Shown here: positions 38,287 to 50,574 of the stretch, piece by piece
Layout of the letters: every line of letters begins with the position of its first letter
How positions within the stretch are numbered: position 1 is the stretch's first letter
From: Moniliella sp. 'wahieum'
Taxonomy: Eukaryota
Direction: 5' to 3'
DNA: 64,000 nucleotides
Assembly: GCA_003971905.1 (NCBI GenBank)
Contig: RSEE01000048.1
Span: forward strand, 372,001 to 436,000
Notes under the pieces: model-generated
What the model was told of the DNA's origin: nothing
Databases searched by the model: none
The model's input: only the letters and a program-made list of their open reading frames with translations
Made by a program: the position numbers and the translations under genes

Positions 38287-41200
38287 TTAGGGCGGAGCAG
38301 GCTCTGGCTCCAACTCTTCGCCCAGCAGCCACCCTACGCCGCGCGTCAGACTAAACCCGCCGTGGGGCACATGGAATGGGATCCGCCCGGCCTCGCGCCG
38401 CGGCCCCGCCTCGTCTCCAGAGTGCAACACCGACCGCACCTGTTCTGGAGCGGTAGGAGGAATGGTAGTGGAGGAGGAGACCGTGCTGGCCCTCGGCATA
38501 GCAGGTGCAAGCGAGGCAGCACCCGCGTCTTGGCCCTGGGCCAGTGCGGCGTTGGAAGCGGGACCGGCGCCTGGATCGTGGCTCGGGCCGCGGAAGAAGA
38601 ACCGAGCGGCGCGGGCCGCATCGTGGCCCCCCTTTTCCGATAACGCGGCCAGCTGCTGGCCCACCAGCCCGCCCAGCCCACTTGCCGTCTCGCGTAACCC
38701 GCCCGGCCGCGGCGCAGGCAAGGGGACCGAGAGCCCACGGAGGAAGCTGCTACCGCGTTCGGCCGGAGGCGCCTCGGGCGGCATGGCCTCCAGCCCCCAC
38801 GCCTCCTCCTCGGCGGTCGCGTCAGCGGGCGTATCGGCGGCGGCCGGCGGCGTAGCGGCGTGCGGCGTGCCAGCAAAGGCCGGACTCAGCTTGCCCGCAC
38901 TGACCAGCAGGGCAGCCAAGGGCGTTGCCGCGGCCGCGGCCGACGCATACTCGCCCACCACTGCTGGCACGCCGAGGCCAGCGAGCAAGCCTTCGCCCGT
39001 CGGTGCGGCGGCGCTGCCGGCGCAAACAGCATGCCCGCGCGCTCGTCGGCATCCAGGGACATGATGGCTTGGTCCCACACCCCGCGCCAGGCACGCAGCA
39101 AGCGCGCCACCTGCTCCTCAGGGCAGAGGCTCAGTGCTTGTCCCAACAGACCCAGCTGCGCCAAAGGTTCTTCCCAGGCCGCTTGCTTGCCCAGCTGATA
39201 TGCCACCTTCCACGCCACCTCCTGCGCAGGCAGCAGCATCCCCCGTGCACTCTCCTCCGTCACACAAGACGTGCCAGCCGACCTGGCTTGGGCCGCGCGC
39301 GCACGTTGTTGTAAGCCGTGCACCACCTTCAGCACCCGTTCTGCCAACCCGGCGGCCCGGGTCCAGTCGGCCGCGGCCATCGCCGCCTCGGCCAGCATGG
39401 CCAACACCTGCGCCTCAATCACCGGTTTGCCCACCTTGCTTCCGCTCGGTTCCGGTAGAAGAGCAAAGAGAAGGCGTCTGCTGTCGCACTTGCTTGCTCT
39501 GGCCCCAGCTGCGGCGCACGGTTGAGTTGCACTGCCAGGCCAACCAGGGCGTCCGACGCTTTGTATGCATCAGCTTGATGTGCCACCACTCGTGCCACCA
39601 GCTCGACGCACCCAGCCACACAGTTCGCCCCCGCGGGTGTTCGGCCACCGCGCGAATCTCCGCGGGCCGTATCAAGCCAGGGTGCTCGGACGAAGGCAGA
39701 CGATACGCGCCCAACTTACTCGTTGCCACCAGGAACGCCTTTTCCGCCGTCAAGGTCGGCGTGGCGGGCAGCACGTCCAATCTGATACAGTGCAGTGTGC
39801 GTTAGTACCCTCTCACCTTCCCCCCCACGCAACGAACTAGAGACAACAGCAATGCAACCCAGCACGTACATTTCATCCGCCAGCTTCATTGCGCCACTGG
39901 TCAAGTGGTGGAGGTGGCGTCGTCGTAGCTACTGCGCGCCGCAGCGAGCACCACCGCTTCGATCTGGGTAGAAGTGAGGGCCGGGCAGTACGACGCTGGC
40001 GAGGCCAGTAGCGATCCAAACAGGTACAGCCCGCCCGACCGCAGGAGGCCCAGAAGGGCTACCTGGTACACTTCGGTCCGCGTCAGGGGCGCAAACAGAT
40101 GAGGTTCGGGTTGGGATTCGGGATCAAGTTCGGGAGGTGGGGCGATAGACTGTTCGTGGCCCCAGGGGTCCTCTCGTCCTCCGCAGCAGCCGTAGGGACA
40201 TCCAACAGCGCGCTCAACAAGCTCCGCCACGCGCTTTCCTGCGCTTGCTCTGAGCGGGCAAAGCTCCCGGTGACCAACGCATATAGGTGCTGGAATTGGA
40301 CTTGGCGCGTCGAGGCGGTCAGGTACCATGCGAGGGGCATGTGCGACGCGTCCCACGCCTGCAACACCCGCAGCGCAGCCAAGTGCGAGCCCAACGTGGC
40401 GAGTGCCGAGGCGGAAGGAAGGGGGTGGGGGTGGGGACGGGGGCGGGGGCGTGGGTACGGAGGTGGGCAAACAGGCTCTGTGCATCGGGCAAGACAGGTG
40501 GATTAGGCAACCGAGGCGAGACGCCCAAACTCTCTAGAGCCAACTGGACTTGTTCCACTGACGGCGAGGGGAGGCCAGCGGGGCCCGCTGCTGCGACACA
40601 GCGTGCTCGACCATCGCCACCGCCGCCGGGTCCGAGCGCGGGGACGTGTAGGCACATGCGAGCACAACGAGGGGTAACGCGCCTTCCAGCGGCTCTGCAA
40701 GCGACGGACACGCCAACAGTGCCCACAGAAGCGAGAAGGCGTCTTCAGCTGGGAGCGTCGGCCCAACAGGAGGTGCAGCCGCGTCGGAGCGCCGAGCCCA
40801 GCGGGCAAGGGTGAAAAGGATGCCGATCAACGTGGCCCGCACCGCTGGTGCGGTGGGGGCCGGGGGGCGCGAGGCCAGCAGCGTCGCCCGCTCTGCCAGC
40901 TGGCCCAACAGAGGGACCAAAACAGTGACCAGAAAGGAGTCCAAGGGTGGCGGAACGGCCTGAAGCAGCTCCATCACCATGTCGGTCGACCGGATGCGGC
41001 GTCCCTGGCAAGCGCCAGCTCCAGCTCAGGCAGCGTTGTTGGCCCGACTCCAGGACCGACCGGGGCCAAGCTGAGGACATGGAGAATGGCAAACGATTTG
41101 CTCAGTAGAGCCAGGCCGTGGGCCGCTTGGCCCGCCGAGGCGAGACTATGCGGGCCGCGGGGAGCAACGTGGGCACTGACCGCGGCCAACACGGCGGCTG

Positions 41201-41991
41201 GCACGTGCTCCTTGTCCAGTTCGCGCAGCGTGCGGGCGTACCAAGCATAGAGCGCATTGGCCGGCAAAGCCGATGTCGCAGCATCGGTAGGAGGGCCGAG
41301 CACGGCGCTGGCCGCCTCGGGCTCGTCGGCCGGGTCAGCCACAGGCGGAGGGCCGGGAGGCGTGGCGGTCCATGCGCTGGTTTCCCGCTGGTCGGGGCCT
41401 GGGACGGGCAGGAGATCGGCGTGGATGGCGGCCGCAATGGCCTCCGCCGTGCCGGCGGTCTGGATCAGGAGCTGGAGCAGGCGGAAGCGGTGGGCGGCGA
41501 GGACGGGGCCAAGGTGGGGGGTGGTGCAAGAGTGCGGCAAGGGCGGGATAGTTGTGGGGGGGCTCGAGAAGGCCAGCCGCTGCGTCGGGAAGAGCCGGCC
41601 GAAGTAGCAGCGAGAGGGGAATGTCCTCGGCCGGGGCCCCAGCCGCCTGCGGCGGCGCAACCGCGTCCAGACGGCGTGCATAGCTGAGGAGCAGTGCACG
41701 GGCGCGCAGGCGTGGGTCGCTGGCCGTGGCGGACGCCGAGGCAGTGGCGGGGAGCGCGTGCTGGACAAGTTCAGCGACCCAGTGGGCATACGCAAGTGGA
41801 TACGCCGTTCTCGCACCGGGTGCGGTGAGCTGGTGCAGGAGGGAGAGGATGGCGCGCAGCTCCCAGGCGGCGTCGTCGATGGCAGTGAGGGTGGCGAGCG
41901 CGTGCTGGCGGGCCTCAGCCGAGACGGGCGCCTGCGCCACCTCCTGGATCCAGGAGTGCTTCAGCGCAGCGTCCTCCTCGTCGCTCCGCAT
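38287..41991 (-). CDS. SEC39: Dsl1-complex subunit Sec39/NBAS-like (intron 39782-39869)
   Basis: ALLGLLRSG, IEAVVLAAARSSYDDATS..GAMKLADE, FLVATSKLGAY, PAEIR, VLAMLAEAAMAAADW, WKVAYQLGK, LLGQALSLCP..LLRAWR. Many frameshifts. Confidence 0.75.
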
Positions 41992-42138
41992 CGTGTCGTT
42001 GCCACGGACGGAGGGAGGATGGGGAGGAGGCCGTTGCAGGTGGCCAAGCGCCGCAGCGGCCGACCGACGTGGCGCTGCCCGCCCTCTCCAGGGAGATCAG
42101 CAGGTGTGTACTGGCCAAAGTCCCCATGCACAGCATAA

Positions 42139-42233
42139 GGCATCGTGGTGTAGTTGGTTTATCACGTATCCTTAACACTGGTCCTCTGCCTTGTTAACGG
42201 ATAAGGTCCCCGGTTCGAGCCCGGGCGAAGTCA
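42139..42233 (+). tRNA. tRNA-Val(AAC) with 20-nt intron (42178-42197)
   Basis: Exons identical to the copy at 37960-38053; different intron; T6 terminator. Confidence 0.95.
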
Positions 42234-42423
42234 TGTTTTTTGAGTCCAGCAGCGGAATGTGCTCGAGCGGAATGCGGTCTTTTTGGGCGGCGCCGCTCCC
42301 ATTTCGTTTCCGCGTCCGCTGCTAGGCCGGCAAAAAAAAACCGGTGATGCGGTTGTGCAACTCTCTCGCCACTGCTTTTGGTTTCCATCTCGCCTGCCGG
42401 CCTCACCTCCCCCTGCCGTGACC

Positions 42424-43543
42424 ATGACCCGCTACGCCAAGCTCGAAGGGCGCAAGAAGAGTTCCTCCCTCCTCCAACCACTTTGGTGACCGCGATGCGC
42501 CCGACGCAGATGCCCGCCTAGTCGCCCTGCCTCTCCTCCTCCGGCGTCTGCCCCCATTGACCCGGCCAGCACAGGCAAGCCCGCGTCCGAGTCGCCCCCG
42601 CAAGCCAGCGGAAACGATGCTACGGACGGCAAGGTCGATGTGAACCAGCTGATCAAGCGTTCCAAGCTACTGAAACTCAAACTCAAGAAAGCCAAGACCC
42701 CGAGAAGAGGAAAGCACTGTCCAAGCAGTTCCACCAAAACGAACGCCAGATTGCCGAGCTGGGGCCCGCCAAGGCACAGGGAAAACGGAAGCGCGAAGAT
42801 GGCGATCGCCGGGGTGGGAAGCGTAAGTATCTGTTCTGCAGTTGAGGCAATCAGTGGCTGAGGTACTGACCTGGTTTGTACAGGCATTTTTACCCAAGAA
42901 GAGCGAGCTGAGTACCGGCGGCAAAAGCGGTCGAAGAGCGGGCAGCATCGGTACGATGCTTTGCCTGTCGCGGCCATGGACATGCCGCCAAGGACTGTCC
43001 CAATGGGCTCAACGCTTCGTCCACCGCACTCGACTCGGAGACGCCGGGCACCCATGACTTGACCGGGTCGTCGGTGGTTGGCATTTGTTTCCGTGTGGAT
43101 CAAAGGACCACACGCTGGCGCAGTGCACCTTGCCTGGCGGTCGGTAAGGGTGCAGCACGAGGTGGGAAAAACTTGCCGTTTGCAACATGCTTTGTCTGTG
43201 GCGAGAAGGGTCACCTGTCGCTCGCGTGCCCCAAGAACAAGGCGCGTGGTGTGTACCCCAATGGCGGTTCCTGCCGCTTGTGCCAAGTGTGGAGCACCTG
43301 GTTCGGGATTGTCCCTTGCGGGAACAACAGCCGTATCCGATCCCAAACTGGGCGCGGCGATCGCGGACCAGCCCACGTGGTGGCGCCGACGAAGATGACT
43401 TTCATGCCTTTTCTCGTGTCCGCAATGAAGTTGATACGGACGAGGCCAAGGCCCAGCTCCAAGCCAAGGACCTTGCTCGCCGACGGGCTCCACCACCTGT
43501 GGCGGCCAAGAAACGCGAAACCAAGAAGGTGGTTACCTTTTAA
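42424..43543 (+). CDS. CCHC zinc-knuckle protein, ZCCHC9-like (intron about 42823-42883)
   Basis: MTRYAK start; CFACR..GHAAKDCP, ICFR, LPFATCFVCGEKGHLSLACPKN..GVYPNGGSCRLC..VEHLVRDCP; ends KKVVTF*. Confidence 0.85.
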
Positions 43544-44428
43544 CTTGTTATGAATCCCTTTGCCCAGTCTTTCATTGTGCCCCTTCGGACATTTGTTTCC
43601 CCTCTACGGAACCGCTGGGGCGCTGGACAGGCCCCGATAGATGCACTTACATAGAACGCGATCAACCAGAGCCTTCCTCAATACCGCGTCTCCTGCGCTC
43701 GGCACTCCAGAAAAAAACACATCAGTTGTATGATATCAGGTCTCTTTCAGCTACCAACACCCCGTTGCTTCCCCGAATGCCAACAACTAGCATGGGGTCT
43801 GGGCTTGGCATCGACTGCGATGCATCGCCCATCCCGGAAGCGGGAGGACTTCGGAATTACCATTCACTCCACCTGCAACATCTGCCAATCGCCTTATCGG
43901 CCAAGGTGGAATGACATGGCCGCCAGCCTCATGTGAAGATTGCTACTATTGCAACGGTACTTCAAAGGCTTACTATGCACGGTACTGATGCGTTCAAATA
44001 CGTCTTGTATGTTGGCTCGCCGCTCTGTGCACGCTTTTAGAGAGGAAGCGGCTGAGGCCCTGGCCGGGAGTGTTAGAGAAGAATCTGTTGATGCACGTCA
44101 ACCTAGCAGCAGAGCTTATGGTATAGACCCAAGGAGGTCTATGGTACAGGTGTTCCGTTTGTACTAAGATGCCACGCATCTCGATCGCGAGACAAATCTA
44201 GTAGGACGGCCGTCCAATCCGGCATGATCAGATTTTGAGATAGGGAACTCGGTTGACGATCGATGAAACATGAGGAACACAACACATGACACGACGGGGC
44301 GACAGACAAGAACAAGGGAGCGGGTATCGAGCGAAACTCGAAGACTCGACAGAAGAGCCTAGGGAGCATTCGGCACTAAGAGGACTGCTGCCATGGACAC
44401 GCACGACCAATTGCAGGGGCGCGCGGGA

Positions 44429-47400
44429 CTAGTAATCGCTGCGCGGTGGGAGGGTGCTAGAGGAAGAGCGAGGGTGGGAATCCGTGTTGACCACCAACAG
44501 CGGGCCCGCGCGGGGCCGACCAAAGAACCCGTCCCCTGCCTCGCCCGCCCGGCTTGGCTCCTCCCACTGGCTCCCGATCGAGGAACGGAGAGGTGCGCTA
44601 CTCTCGGACGACAAGTTGGGATCAATAATCACCGGGACAGGAAGGAAGCCCACTGGACTGCCAGGTTGAGAGAGCGCCACGGGCAACGTCTCGGTTGAAA
44701 AGGTCTCGTGCGGCGCCGAGAGGACGAAGGGGAAGGGACCGGTCCTTGTTCTGTCTCGAGTGGGCGGTCGGGCCCCGAAGGTCTCGTTGTGTCCCCGGCA
44801 AGCCAGGTGCTTCCGGGGGAAAGGGAGCGAACCGAGGGGCTGGAACGTGCCCTCGGCCCCGACGGCAGAATAGGCCAATTGCATCCGCGCCGCCGGCAGA
44901 GGCGCAGGCTCGTACACTCGCGGCCGACTCCCCGACGGGAGAGCCGAGGCAACAGGACCAAACGATTCGCGGCTCGATTCGGACGAGGACAGTGCGGTGC
45001 CCGCTTCCACACCGCCCGGGTCCCTCGTGCAACGTCCTGGCCGGCAACCGGCCAGTCGGGGGGGCGAGGCGAGTGTAAGCTGGGCTCATGCACCCACTCT
45101 GGTGGCTCCCTGGCCCCTTCTTCCATAGGTAAAGGAAGCAGAGGGGCAATGCATACCCCTCTGCCCGGGCGGTAGAGCGATCGGGGGAGCTTCCTGCTGC
45201 CGCTGCGCCTCCCAAGCCCGTGGATCCGGTTCTTCCTCGGACTCTAGTCTGCCCAGCGTTTGGGAGTACCGCGAGGGCGGGAAGCTGGCCGTCACGCTCG
45301 CAAGGGGCAGAGGAGGGGGAGCTGTGGTAGTACAGGGTACGGTAGCGCCCAAGGCCCATGTGGACGGCCCTGCAGCAGGAAGAGAGGCAGCACTCGCTTC
45401 GCTCCCGCCGTGGCTCACCGCACCGAGGGACTCAGGCGTTGGGGAGGGAGTGGGAACAGGAGCGAGAGGGAGGTGGACAGAGCCGTGTGAAAGTCAGTGG
45501 GGTCCGAGTCGGACGGGGTGACGTGGTCGTTGGTGGTGGGCCCGACGGGCTGGCGCCCAGCGGGGTGGTGGTCCGAGACAGAGGGCAGCGTGCCAGGCGG
45601 CAGGACAACTGGGCGGACGGGCACGGGCATATGCAGTATGCCCGTCGCTCCGCGGCGGGGACCGCTCCGCCAACGCTGCATGGACCGTTCCCGGTGTTTC
45701 CATTTCAGCGCCTCGGATCCCAGGGATTGATGGGCAATTGGAGTCGGGTATAATGCCCTCTTCATCTTCGTCCATCCTACCTGGTGCAAGACCGAGCACG
45801 TTGGGAGGCACCAAGGAAGGCGGTGCTGTCGTCGGCACCGCCAGCCCCGTGGGGGGCGAACTGGAACACGTCCCGACTCCAAAATGGAATCCGACGAGTT
45901 GCGAGCGAGACAGAAAGGGCGGACGCCATCGAAAGATCACTGTCCATGCCGTCGCCATAGTCCTGGTCGGCTGGCTCTGCGGACAACGAGAGGGACACCA
46001 TGGTATTCGTCGGATCGGCCGTCTGGTTGGTCGCCCCCTCAGAGTGGAAGGGCGCGACAGCGCCTTCGGGAGCTACCAAAGCCCCCGTAGCCACACCTGG
46101 TTCATCAACATGTTTCCCACTCAGCCATTGCCCAGGCGCCATCACTCCTGAAATGGGGTTGACGGGGGTTTGGGGGCTAGGGGTCATGTCGGGCGAAGGC
46201 GACTGGGCTTGGGTTGCGCCCGCGTTGCCTGAAGCTCGGAGAGAAGGGGGCAGCGAATCGCCCACTGCGGCCAAGGCAACGTGAGCTGTGCCCGGCGGGG
46301 AGGCGAATGCGCCTTGACCTGCAGGAATGCCCCACAGTTGCGCAGCGCCAGGTGCACCAATCCCGTACGCTTCGGGCGAGTCCATCGTCTGAAACGAAGG
46401 GGAGGCGGTCATGTGCATCCCATCGCCGTCGAATGGGGTCCGATCAAATACATCGGGGGCGTACCTACTGCGTGGGGCGGGTGAGACCACGCGTCAGGCA
46501 CATGCGCCGTGCCGCCCGACCCAGCCGCGTGCTGGAGCACCTGGGATGGGTTGAAAAGGGACTCCAAGCGCTGTTCCTGCGCGGGAGCCAATCCCAACAG
46601 CCCTGCAAGCCGGGTTCGGGCCCGGGTCCACCATCGATTGGTCGAAGGAGAAGGAAAAAGCTCGCTCGTTGGTCGGGGGACGGACGCTGCCGTAGTGGAC
46701 GCAACGGTGTCAACTCGAGGTTGGGACTTTCGCCTGGCAAGTAAGCCAGGCGCCTTTTCCCTCGTTTCGCCCTTCTCCCCAGACAGGGAGGCTCCGTCGT
46801 CGAAAGGGCAACAGAAGACAGAGGAGCAGCAGTACCACCACTACCGACCCCCCACACCCCCCCCACCCCCCAATGATCTTACCCACTTGATCTGATTGTA
46901 CGAGGGTAGGTTGCTTCCCTTGGGACAAGGATCCTTGCGGCAGAGTAGGGCTGGGGTTAGCCGTCGAGATGGTTAGGTTGGCAGGGTTGGAGTCCGAAGA
47001 GGAGGGTGCAGGTTGCCAGGTGGTGAGACTGTGCGTGACTGTGTAGTAATCCATCTCAGAAATCGTTGTGTGACGATGCCGGGTGTAGACGTCGGTAGAA
47101 CGGCCCAGGGCGCTGCCAGACAACGCCGTGGGGTGGGGAGAGGGGAGGTCGGAGGATAATGGTGGGGCGGCGGGGGTGGTGGAGGGAGCGGCGCTGCTGG
47201 CGGTGGTGGCTGCGGTGGTGCTGGTGCCGGTGTCACTGGCTGGCACAATTGTCTCGTAGCATAATGGCTGGAACACAACAGGGCGCCAAGCTGTAGTTGG
47301 GACAAGGGAAACCTTGGTGTAAGTCTTCTCCGCGCGGTCGAGCCAGGCAGGAGAGACGGAGTGGTCAGGAGCAGGCTCAGTGTCTCGGGCGTAGGGTTGG

Positions 47401-47742
47401 CCATGGAAGTGAGCCAGGCGATAGCGCTTGCGGCGATGCGCCCTTAATGGCGGGAGGGTATCAGACAAGGAGTGTGTTACAAAGGAGTGTCGGGAGAGGC
47501 TGGGGGCTGGGGGATGCTCGGGGTGGCGGTAACAGTAACCGTGACGGAAATGGTCGTGGCAGGAGCAGGGTGAGAACGAGTGTGAGTTTGGGTGTGAGTG
47601 GTGTAGACTGTGGTTTCGACGTATGTGTGAACGACGGTGGAGGTGGAAACGAAGGGGGTCCAACTGGTTGGGCGGGTGGGCAGAGGGTGTAGGTGTGTGC
47701 GTGCAGGGCTAGCGTTCGTGCCGAGGCGGACGCACGGTCCAT
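44429..47742 (-). CDS. Hypothetical single-pass membrane protein (Thr/Ser/Pro-rich ectodomain, long disordered tail)
   Basis: T-rich blocks (TSTVVHTYVETTVYTT), TM IIGG..GGSVVVVLLLLCLLLPF followed by RRR, and a chain of long frameshifted minus-strand ORFs. Confidence 0.5.
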
Positions 47743-49505
47743 GGTGGGAAAGGCAGGGCGGAATGGAAGGAACGAAGGACAAGGAAGGGACAGTTAAACT
47801 GGAGACAGGGCGAAGCAAGACAGAGGTCAGTCAACATCATCGCGATGGGCGGTGGCGTCCGGTGCGAGGTGGGGCACGGAGGGATGCGGAGAGGAGGCCA
47901 GCAAACTCACCGATAGTGGGCCTCGAAGAAGAGGCGCTGGTGGGTTAGGGTCGGGGGTGTTCAATTGACTAGGGGCATGGCGCGGCGGGGGCGGGGTCGA
48001 GCGGGGGGCAAGGCAAAGAGCGTGGAGAGGCGAGCTGGGGATGGTAAAGAACGTGAGGGTGGGAGAGACGCGAGGAGGGCAGCGGAGGTGGGCGAGGAGG
48101 GCGACAAGAAGGTGGGCAGAGAGGAAAGAGAGCCACACGAGAGCGACGGCCAGGGCGGAGGAGGCGGAAGGCGCTGGCACAGAAGGGCACAGAGCGCACG
48201 CGAAAGACCGCCGCGGCAGAAACCAACACAGACAATCCCCCGCCAGACAGCGGACGGGCAGATCTCTGACGCAGAGACTGAGGGCTGCCTGAGGCTCAGC
48301 CTGAGCGCGCTGAGGGTGAGGTGCTGAGTCCTGGCTCCGATCGATGCTCTTCGATGCTGCGATGCTCATCGTGAACGCGTGAGCGTTGCTCGCCTGCTGG
48401 TGCTCTGCGAACATCCGACGGCAGTCGCTGGGCGCGCTCTCTGCTGCTCGGGCTGGGTCACACGCCTGTGCCGCTCCACGACAACAACACCCGGCCGACC
48501 GAGCACTGGGCACCTGGGCTGCCCCGGGCGGATTGCAGGCACAGCGCCAGTGTCGCCGATAGCTGTACTTGCACTGTGCCTGTCGGATCGACGCCATGTG
48601 TTAGTCCCGATGAGCATCTCGCCTGTGTCCTTCGCCCGGGGCTGCTCGGCGTATTCTCACACTGCTCGGCGCCACTGCCCCACCCCCTAGGGCGTAACTT
48701 AAAACACGTAACACGCGTCGTCATCGATGATGTATAATCCAGGATCGCCGTTTGCTCGCAACATCACACACTCGTCACGCGCGTGTTCCCGGCGGTCACG
48801 AGGTCACTCGTCACTACACTGGTATGGCACACAGCATGGCGCAAGTGCAGCACAGGAATTATCGGTCACGCACGTCAGTGTCACGTGTCACATGTCACAC
48901 CGCCTCACCTGGGTGCGTCCCCAGCATGGCACATGTCAGTCCTCCACGGGTGTGCAATTTGAAACAATTTGAAACAACGTGAATCCTGAATGGCCCGGCC
49001 GAGGTATGAAACGGCGGGGTCTTCAAGCTTCAAGCTTTCTCAACGCTGTCCAGAGGCCACCGCGGACACAAGTTGGCGACCACGGCGGATGAAGCTTGAA
49101 GCTTGAAGATTGAAGGGAAGAAAGGGCGCAACCTGCCCAACAGAGCACTTTCGCCCCATCCCGTGCCTGTCCGCATAACGCCCTACTGCTCAGACTGAGT
49201 ATTGAGTGACTAGTGAGGTTCAGGCCTCGTTGATCAAACTCTGACCGGTGACTGGTGACCGATGACCCAAGATTGCATTCCCGACATTTCAAAGTTCCTG
49301 ATTTCACAGTTCAGAAATGCTTCCTAAGCTGAAACACTGAAAGCGGTTTCCCATTCAATGAGGACAAAGTGCCGCAGCATGCAGTAGGGTTGGCAGTCCA
49401 CTGCCCCGGGCGATCGGCGTGCCTTCTATTTTCGTCCGTAGGGTTGGCTCGGTGGTCGCTAGCTTTGCGCTCGATCCTCGTCCCTCGACTCTCCAAACCC
49501 ACATC

Positions 49506-50153
49506 ATGGGAACGACAAGCACCAAACTCGTGGACCTCTACGTGCCCCGCAAGTGCGCCGCCACCGGCCGCATCCTGCAGGCCAAGGACCACGCTTCGTT
49601 CAGATTGCCGTCGTGACGTCGACGAGGAGGGCCGTGCCATCCCCGGCGCTTCGACCGTGTTTGCCATCTCGGGCTTTGTCCGCAAGTCGGGCGAGAGCGA
49701 CGACTCGATCAACCGCCTCGCCACCCAGGAGGGCCGTGATGTTGTCCTTTTTTCCCTTTGCCCCGCTAGAGAAACTGGTCCGATGCGAAGGCCCTTTGCT
49801 CCCTCCATGACGTGATCCTGCCATACTCTGCGCTCCCCCCCTTCTTGTCCACGCTCCCGACAGTCTGCCCACCCACTGCCACGAGCAACTTTCAGGGTCG
49901 GGGCAGGATTCAGCTCTTAGGCTATGAGCGGATATTAATGGCCACCACCTTAGAGCCCGGGCGTTTAGCATCTGTGGATGCTTGGGTGTCAAAGTGGTGG
50001 TACACTCTTATCTCGTCGCAGGCGGATTGCGTCGTGGTGGATGGCAGGACTTCTACCAACTTTCGCTCTACGCACGCTGGTTCTTATGGATTGTTGTGCT
50101 GACACATCTTCTTTTCCGCAGTTCTTCGCAACGTGTGGAGCTACCAAAAGTAA
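49506..50153 (+). CDS. RPS21: 40S ribosomal protein eS21 (about 386-nt intron 49736-50121)
   Basis: [68 protein letters not shown]. Confidence 0.95.
49848..50007 (+). ncRNA. SNR3: Intronic box H/ACA snoRNA, snR3-type
   Basis: Two hairpins, H box ATATTA 49932-49937, ACA 50002-50004 placed 14 nt below the pocket. Pocket 1 GACAGT/GATTC and pocket 2 TTAGA/GTCA pair with the conserved LSU sequence GGAAUCUGACUGUCUAA. Confidence 0.85.
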
Positions 50154-50468
50154 ACAGTCTGCGCTGGTTACTTTCTTGACATTGTGCCCCTCTCACTCAC
50201 TATTGAGGTCGGGGTCTACACCGTCCCGCTATGCCCCCCCGCTTTCTCCAAGGGCTCGTTCTGAGCTTGTGCGATGTACTCCTAGCTCCCCTTTCCTCAT
50301 CAAAACTATCTGCTCGCCAGACATTTCCTTTTGTAGGGCACATGATGATGGTGGTCCGACTAAAATGGCACGATAGGATTTCGCTCGTCCAGGACTTTGG
50401 CCAGGGAATATGGTACGCCTTGATGCTTGATGTTTTGACGGGTTTCGCCTGAGATGCAGGGAAAAAAG

Positions 50469-50574
50469 TGCACTCGCCGGGATTCGAACCCGGGCAACAA
50501 CTTGTAACAGCTCCTCGTGATTGGAACCCCAATGGACATGGGAAAGTTGCATCTTAACCACTTGATCACAGTGC
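50469..50574 (-). tRNA. tRNA-Gly(CCC) with 35-nt intron (50504-50538)
   Basis: GCACT(C)G/CGAGTGC acceptor with one base missing (likely assembly deletion), CAACT/AGTTG anticodon stem, TT-CCC-A, CCGGG-TTCGAAT-CCCGG, T6 terminator. Confidence 0.88.

Noticed and set aside
37960..42233. Terminal inverted repeats of a transposon carrying SEC39
   Set aside because: The inverted repeats are complete tRNA genes with terminators; no transposase or target-site duplication is visible.
50337..50457. Second ATGATGA...CTGA candidate downstream of RPS21
   Set aside because: No identifiable antisense guide; the terminal stem is only about 3 bp.
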